64,000 bases of DNA from Eledone cirrhosa. Lineage: Eukaryota. The stretch's first letter is position 1; the number at the start of each line of letters is the position of its first letter. Shown piece by piece: positions 57,625 through 64,000 of this stretch. The translations under genes and the position numbers were made by a program. The notes beneath the pieces were generated by a model. That model was not told the origin of the DNA. It searched no databases and saw only the letters and a list, made by a program, of their open reading frames with translations. The stretch is from the NCBI GenBank assembly GCA_964016885.1, contig OZ024743.1, forward strand, positions 136,772,001-136,836,000, read 5' to 3'.

Positions 57625-60600
57625 ATGGTGCTTCGTGTTTGGTGCTTGGTGTTTGGTGCTTGGTGTTAGGAGTTTGGTGCTTGGTGCTTGGTGTTTGGTG
57701 TTTGGTGCTTGGTATTTGGTGCTTGGTGCTTGGTGTTTGGTGTTTGGTGCTTGGTGTTTGGTGCATGCTACGTGGTGCGTGGTGCTTGGTGCTTGGTGTT
57801 AGGTGTTTGGTGCTTGGTGCGTGGTGTTTGGTTTTTGGTGCTTGGTGCTTGGTGTTTGGTGTTTGGTGCTTGCTGCTGGCTGCTTGGTGTTTGGTGCTTG
57901 GTGATTGGTGCTTGGTGTTTGGTGCTTGGTGTTTGGTGTTTGGTGCTAGGTGCTTGGTGCTTGGTGTTTGGTGATGATTGGTGCTTGGTGTTTGGTGTTT
58001 GGTGCTTGGTGCTTGGTGTTTGGTGCTTGGTGCTGGGTGGTTGGTGTTTGGTGCTTGGTGTTTGGTGCTGGGTGCTTGGTGTTTGGTGCTTGGTGCTTGG
58101 TCTTTGGTGCTTGGTGTTTGGTGTTTGGTGCTTGGTGCTTGGTGCTTGGTGTTTGGTGCTTGGTGCTTGTTGTTTGGTGCTTGGTGCTTAGTGTTTGGTG
58201 CTAGGTGCTTGGGGTTTGGTGTTTAGTGCTTGGTGCTTGGTGCTTGGTGTTTGGTGCTTGGTGCTTGGTGCTTGGTCTTTGGTGTTTGGTGTTTAGTGCT
58301 TGGTGCTTGGTGCTTGGTGCTTGGTGCTTGGTGCTTGGTGCATTGTGATTAGTGTTTGGTGCTTGGTGCTTGGGGTTTGGTGTTTGGTGCTTGGTGCTTG
58401 GTGTTTGGTGATTGGTACTTGGTGTTTGGTGCTTGGTGTTTGCTGTTTGCTGTTTGGTGTTTTTGGTGTTTGCTGTTTGCTGTTTGGTGTCTGCTTTTTG
58501 GTGTTTGGTGTTTGCTCTATGGTGTTTGCTGTTTCATGTTTGGTGTTTGCTGTTTGGTGTTTGGTGTTTGCTGTTTGGTGTTTGGTCTTTGGTGCTTGGT
58601 CTTTGATGCTTGGTGTTTGGTGCTTGGTGCTTGGTGTTTGGTGTTTGGTGCTTGGTGACTGGTGCTTGTTGTTTGGTGATTGGTGCTTGGTGTTTGCTGT
58701 TTGGTGTTTGGTGTTTGGTGTTTGCTGTTTGGTGTTTGGTGCTTGGTGCTTGGTGCTTGGTGTTTGGTGCTTGCTGCTTGGTGTTTGGTGCTTGGTGCTT
58801 GGTGTTTGGTGCTTGGTGCCTGGTGCTTGTTGTTTGGTGATTGGTGCTTGGTGTTTGCTGTTTGGTGTTTGGTGTTTGGTGTTTGCTGTTTGGTGTTTGG
58901 TGCTGGGTGCTTGGTGTTTGGTGTTTGATGCTTGGTGTTTGATGCTTGGTGCTTGGTGCTTGGTGTTTGGTTTTTGGTGTTTGCTGTTTGGTGTTTGGTG
59001 CTTGGTGCTTGGTGCTTGGTGTTTGGTGCTTGGTGCTTGGTGTTTGGTGCTTGGTGCTTGATGGTTGGTGTTTGTACTTGGTGTTTGGTGCTTGGTGTTT
59101 GGTGCTTGGTGCTTGGTGTTTGGTGCTTGGTGCTTGGTGTTTGGTGTTTGGTGCTTGGTGTTTGGTGCTTGGTGCTTGGTGCTTGGTGTTAGGTGTTTGG
59201 TGCTTCATGCCTGGTGCTTGGTGTTTGGTGCTTGGTGCTTGGTGTTTGGTGTTTGGTGCTTCATGCTTGGTGCTTGGTGTTTGGTGCTTGGTGCTTGGTG
59301 TTTGGTGCTTGGTGCCTGGTGCATGGTGTTTGGTGCTTGATGCTTGGTGTTTGGTGTTTGGTGCTTGGTGTTTGGTGCTTGGTGCTTGGTGCTTGGTGTT
59401 AGGTGTTAGGTGTTTGATGCTTGGAGTTTGCTGTTTGGTGTTTGGTGTTTGCTGTTTGGTGTTTGGTCTTTGGTGCTTGGTCTTTGGTGCTTGGTGTTTG
59501 GTGCTTGGTGCTTGGTGTTTGGTGCTTGGTGCCTGGTGCTTGTTGTTTGGTGATTGGTGCTTGGTGTTTCCTGTTTGGTGTTTGGTGTTTGGTGTTTGCT
59601 GTTTGGTGTTTGGTGCTTGGTGCTTGGTGCTTGGTGTTTGGTGCTTGGTGCTTGGTGTTTGGTGCATGGTGCTTGATGCTTGGTGTTTGTACTTGGTGCT
59701 TGGTGCATGGTGTTTTGTGCTTGATTCTTGGTGTTTGGTGCTTGGTGTTTGGTGCTTAGTGCTTGGTGTTTGGTGTTTGGTGCTTGGTGTTTGGTGCTTG
59801 GTGCTTGGTGCTTGGTGTTTGGTGTTTGGTGCTTCATGCTTGGTGCTTGGTGTTTGGTGCTTGGTGCTTGGTGTTTGGTGCTTGGTGCCTGGTGCATGGT
59901 GTTTGGTGCTTGATGCTTGGTGTTTGGTGTTTGGTGCTTGGTGTTTGGTGCTTGGTGCTTGGTGCTTGGTGTTAGGTGTTAGGTGTTTGGTGATTGGTGC
60001 TTGGTGTTTGGTGCTTGGTGCTTGATGTTTGGTGCTTGGTGCTTGGTGTTTGGTGCTTGGTGTTTGGTGCTTGGTAATTGGGGCTTGGTGTTTGGTGCTT
60101 GGTGCTTGGTGCTTGGTGTTTGGTGCTTGGTGCTTGGTGTTTGGTGTTTGGTGCTTGGTGTTTGGTGCTTGGTGCTTGGTGCTGGGTGGTTGGTGTTTGG
60201 TGCTTGGTGCTTGGTGTTTGGTGCTTGGTGCTTGGTGCTTGGTGTTTGGTGCTTGGCGCTTGGTGCTTGGTCTTTGGTGCTTGGTGTTTGGTGTTTGGTG
60301 CTTGGTGCTTGGTGTTTGGTGCTTGGTGATTAGTGTTTGGTGCTTTGTGCTTGGGGTTTGGTGTTTGGTGCTTGGTGCTTGGTGTTTGGTGCTTGGTGTT
60401 TGGTTTTTACTGTTTGGTGTTTGGTGTTTGCTGTTTGCTGTTTGCTGTTTGGTGTCTGCTTTTTGGTGTTTGGTGTTTGCTGTATCGTGTTTGCTGTTTC
60501 GTGTTTATTGTTTGCTGTTTGGTGTTTGGTGTTTGGTATTTGGTGTTTCCTGTTTGGTGTTTAGTCTTTGGTGATTGGTGCTTGGTGCTTGGTGTTTGGT

Positions 60601-63600
60601 GTTTGGTGTTTGGTGCTTGGTGCTTGGTGTTTGGTGCTTGGTACTTGTTGTTTGGTGATTGGTGCTTGGTGCTTGGTGTTTACTGTTTGGTGCTTGGGGC
60701 TTGGTGTTTGGTGCTGCGTGCTTGGTGCTTGGTGCTTGGTGCTTGGTGCTTGGTGTTTGGTGTTTGATGATTGGTGTTTGGTGTTTGGTGTTTGGTGCTT
60801 GGTGCTTAGTGTTTGGTGTTTGATGCTTGCTGCTTGATGCTTGGTGCTTGGTGCTTGGTGTTTGGTGCTTGGTGCTTGGTGTTTGGTGCTTGGTACTTGG
60901 TGTTTGGTGCTTGGAGTTTGCTGTTTGCTGTTTGCTGTTTGGTGTTTGTTGTTTGCTGTTTGGTGTCTGCTTTTTGGTGTTTGTTGTTTGCTCTATGGTG
61001 TTTGCTGTTTCATGTTTGGTGTTTGCTGTTTGGTGTTTGGTGTTTGCTGTTTGGTGTTTGGTGCTTGGTGTTTGGTGCTTGGTGCTTGGTGTTTGGTGCT
61101 AGGTGCTTCATGCTTGGTGCTTGGTGTTTGGTGTTTGGTTCTTGGTACTTGGGGCTTGGTGTTTGGTGCTTGGTGCTTTGTGCTTGGTGTTTGGTGCTTG
61201 GTGCTTGGTGTTTGGTGTTTGGTGCTTGGTGCCTGGTGCTTGTTGTTTGGTGATTGGTGCTTGGTGTTTGCTGTTTGGTGCTGCGTGCTTGGTGCTTGGT
61301 GCTTGGTGCTTGGTGCTTGGTGTTTTGTGTTTGGTGTTTGATGCTTGGTGTTTGGTGTTTGGTGCTTGGTTCTTGGTGTTTGGTGTTTGATGCTTGGTGC
61401 TTGATGCTTGGTGCTTGGTGCTTGGTGTTTGGTGCTTGGTGCTTGGTGTTTGTACTTGGTGTTTGGTGCTTGGTGTTTGGTGCTTGGTGCTTGGTGCTTG
61501 GTGTTTGGTGCTTGGTGCTTGGTGCTTGGTGTTTGGTGTTTGGTGCTTGGTGTTTGGTGCTTGGTGCTTGGTGCTTGGTGTTAGGTGTTTGGTGCTTCAT
61601 GTCTGGTGCTTGGTGTTTGGTGCTTGGTGCTTGGTGTTTGGTGCTTGGTGCCTGGTGCATGGTGTTTGTTGCTTGGTGCTTGGTGTTCGGTGTTTGGTGC
61701 TTGGTGTTTGGTGCTTGGTGCTTGGTGTTTGGTGTTTAGTGTTTGGTGCTTGCTGCTTGCTGCTTGGTGTTTGGTGCTTGGTGATTGGTGCTTGGTGTTT
61801 GGTGCTTGGTGCTTGGTGTTTGGTGCTAGGTGCTTGGTGCTTGGTGCTTGGTGTTTGGTGTTTGGTGCTTGGTACTTGGGGCTTTGTATTTGGTGCTTGG
61901 TGCTTCGTGTTTGGTGTTTGGTTCTTGGTGCTTGGTGTTTGGTGCTTGGTGTTTGGTGCTTGGTGCTTGGTGCTGTGTGGTTGGCGTTTGGTGCTTGGTG
62001 CTTGGTGTTTGGTGCTTGGTGCTTGGTGCTTGGTGTTTGGTGCTTGGTGTTTGGTGTTTGGTGCTTGGTGCTTGGTGTTTGGTGCTTGGTGCTTGGTGAT
62101 TAGTGTTTGGTGCTTGGTGCTTGGGGTTTGGTGTTTGGTGCTTGGTGCTTGGTGTTTGGTGCTTGGTGCTTGGTGTTTGGTGCTTGGTGTTTGGTGTTTG
62201 CTGTTTGGTGTTTGGTGTTTGGTGTTTGCTGTTTGCTGTTTGGTGTCTGCTTGTTGGTGTTTGGTGTTTGCTGTATGGTGTTTGCTGTTTCGTGTTTATT
62301 GTTTGCTGTTTGGTGTTTGGTGTTTCCTGTTTGGTCTTTAGTCTTTGGTGCTTGGTGTTCGGTGCTTGGTGCTTGGTATTTGGTGTTTGGTGTTCGGTGC
62401 TTGGTGCTTGGTGTTTGGTGCTTGGTGCTTGGTGTTTGGTGTTTGGTGCTTGGTGCTTGGTGTTTGGTGTTTGCTGTTTGCTGTTTGGTGTTTGTTGTTT
62501 GGTGTTTGTTGTTTGGTGTTTTCTGTTTGGTGTTTGGTGTTTGCTGTTTCGTGTCTGCTTTTTGGTGTTTGGTGTTTGCTGTATGTTGTTTGCTGTTTGC
62601 TGTTTGGTGTTTGGTGTTTGGTGTTTGGTGCTTGGTGCTTGGTGTTTGGTGCTTGGTGCTTGGTGTTTGGTGCCTGGTGCTTGGTGCTTGGTGCTTGGTG
62701 TTTGGGGTTTGGTGCTTGGTGCTTGGTGCTTGGTGTTTTGTATTTGGTGTTTGGTTTTTGGTGCTTGGTCCTTGGTGTTTGGTGCTGGGTGCTTTGTGTT
62801 TGGTGCTTGGTGCTTGGTGTTTGGTGTTTGCTGCTTGGTGTTTGATGCTTGGTGCTTGGTGCTTGGTGTTTTGTGTTTGGTGCTTGGTGCTTGGTGTTTG
62901 GTGCTTGGTGCTTGGTGTTTGGTGCCTGGTGCTTGGTGCTTGGTGCTTGGTGCTTGGTCCTTGGTGTTTGGTGCTGGGTGCTTGGTGTTTGATGATTGGT
63001 GCTTGGTGTTTGGTGCTTGGTGCTTGGTGTTTGGTGCTTGGTGCTGGTTGGTTGGTGTTTGGTGCTTGGTGTTTGGTGCTGGGTGCTTGGTGTTTGGTGC
63101 TTGGTGCTTGGTCTTTGGTGCTTGGTGTTTGGTGTTTGGTGCTTGGTGCTTGGTGTTTGGTGCTTGGTGCTTGGTGTTTAGTGCTTGGTGCTTAGTGTTT
63201 GGTGCTAGGTGCTTGGGGTTTGGTGTTTGGTGCTTGGTGTTTGGTGCTTGGTGCTTGGTGTTTGGTGCTTGGTGTTTGGTGTTTGCTGTTTGCTGTTTGG
63301 TGTTTGTTGTTTGGTGTTTGTTGTTTGGTGTTTGCTGTTTGGTGTTTCGTGTTTGCTGTTTCGTGTCTGCTTTTTGGTGTTTGGTGTTTGCTGTATGTTG
63401 TTTGCTGTTTGGTGTTTGGTGTTTGGTGTTTGGTGCTTGGTGCTTGGTGTTTTGTGCTTGGTGCTTGGTGTTTGCTGCCTGGTGCTTGGTGCTTGGTGTT
63501 TGGTGTTTGGTGTTTGGTGCTTGGTGCTTGGTGCTTGGTGTTTGGTGCTTGGTGCTTGTTGTTTGGTGCCTGGTGCTTGGTGCTTGGTATTTGGTGTTTG

Positions 63601-64000
63601 GTGTTTGGTGCTTGGTGCTTGGTGCTTGGTGTTTGGTGTTTGGTGCTTGGTACTTGGGGCTTCGTGTTTGGTGCTTGGTGCTTCGTGTTTGGTGTTTGGT
63701 GCTTGGTGCTTGGTGTTTGGTGTTTGGTGCTTGGTGTTTGGTGCTTGGTGCTTGGTGCTTGGTGCTTGGTGTTTGGTGCTTGGTGCTTGGTGCTTGGTGT
63801 TTGGTGATTGGTGTATGGTGTTTGGTGCTTGGTGCTTGGTGTTTGGTGCTTGGTGCTTGGTGATTAGTGTTTGGTGCTTGGTGCTTGGGGTTTGGTGTTT
63901 GGTGCTTGGTGCTTGGTGCTTGGTGCTTGGTGCTTGGTGCTTGGTGTTTGGTGCTTGGTGCTTGGTGTTTGGTGCTTGGTGTTTGGTGCTTGGAGTTTGG
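57625..64000 (+). repeat. Copy 2 of the >=6.3 kb segment (matches 29340-35715), truncated by the window end
   Basis: The landmark order is the same. The last marker GGAGTTTGG (A63994) matches A35707. Point differences at 31729C/60012T and 31794C/60077A. Confidence 0.94.

Larger units (their letters stand above)
1..64000 (+). repeat. Heptamer tandem satellite array (GGTGYTT)n / (AARCACC)n, ~9,100 units, running off both window ends
   Basis: Every line parses into 7-bp units GGTGCTT or GGTGTTT, with minor variants (GCTGTTT, GTTGTTT, GATGCTT, GGTGTTA, GGTGATT, GGTCTTT, GGTACTT, TGTGTTT). The + strand is G/T-rich and almost A-free throughout. All six frames give 7-aa periodic peptides. Confidence 0.99.

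Noticed and set aside
120-63420. CRISPR-like array with the GTCTGCTTTTT cassette as repeat
   Set aside because: The intervals are 0.3-3.5 kb of the same satellite, not unique 25-45 bp spacers. There is no palindromic repeat, leader or cas gene.
1-64000. Canonical telomerase-synthesised telomere tract
   Set aside because: There are no TTAGGG/TTTAGGG runs. Variant patterns are copied over kilobases, which telomerase does not do.
1-64000. RIP or CpG-deamination origin of the C/T dimorphism
   Set aside because: The variable C lies in TGCTT, which is neither CpG nor CpA. TG->TA variants exist but are sparse and accompanied by many transversions.
1-64000. Synthetic sequence or sequencing/low-complexity artefact
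   Set aside because: Hierarchically shared variants and consistent register arithmetic fit an evolved array. Individual near-identical duplications could still be assembly errors and need read support.

Overview
The whole 64 kb is one uninterrupted, single-orientation heptamer satellite array with consensus GGTGYTT (two dominant units, GGTGCTT and GGTGTTT; minus strand AARCACC), about 9,100 units (64000/7). I see no unique sequence, genes, RNA genes, transposon insertion or inversion. All listed ORFs are artefacts of translating a 7-bp repeat (LVLGAWC/LVFGVWC on +, KHQAPST/KHQTPNT on -). The informative part is the architecture. Rare variant units act as heritable landmarks and show nested higher-order structure: a recurrent GTCTGCTTTTT cassette about once per kb, tandem duplications of about 434, 784, 1457, 2685, 2722, 2792, 3127-3134 and 4075-4201 bp, and a near-identical segment of at least 6.3 kb repeated about 28.3 kb downstream. 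This best fits eukaryotic heterochromatic, (peri)centromeric or subtelomeric satellite DNA, but the organism and function cannot be determined from the sequence. Block boundaries are approximate (read by eye). Offsets come from matched landmarks and matched ORF coordinates.
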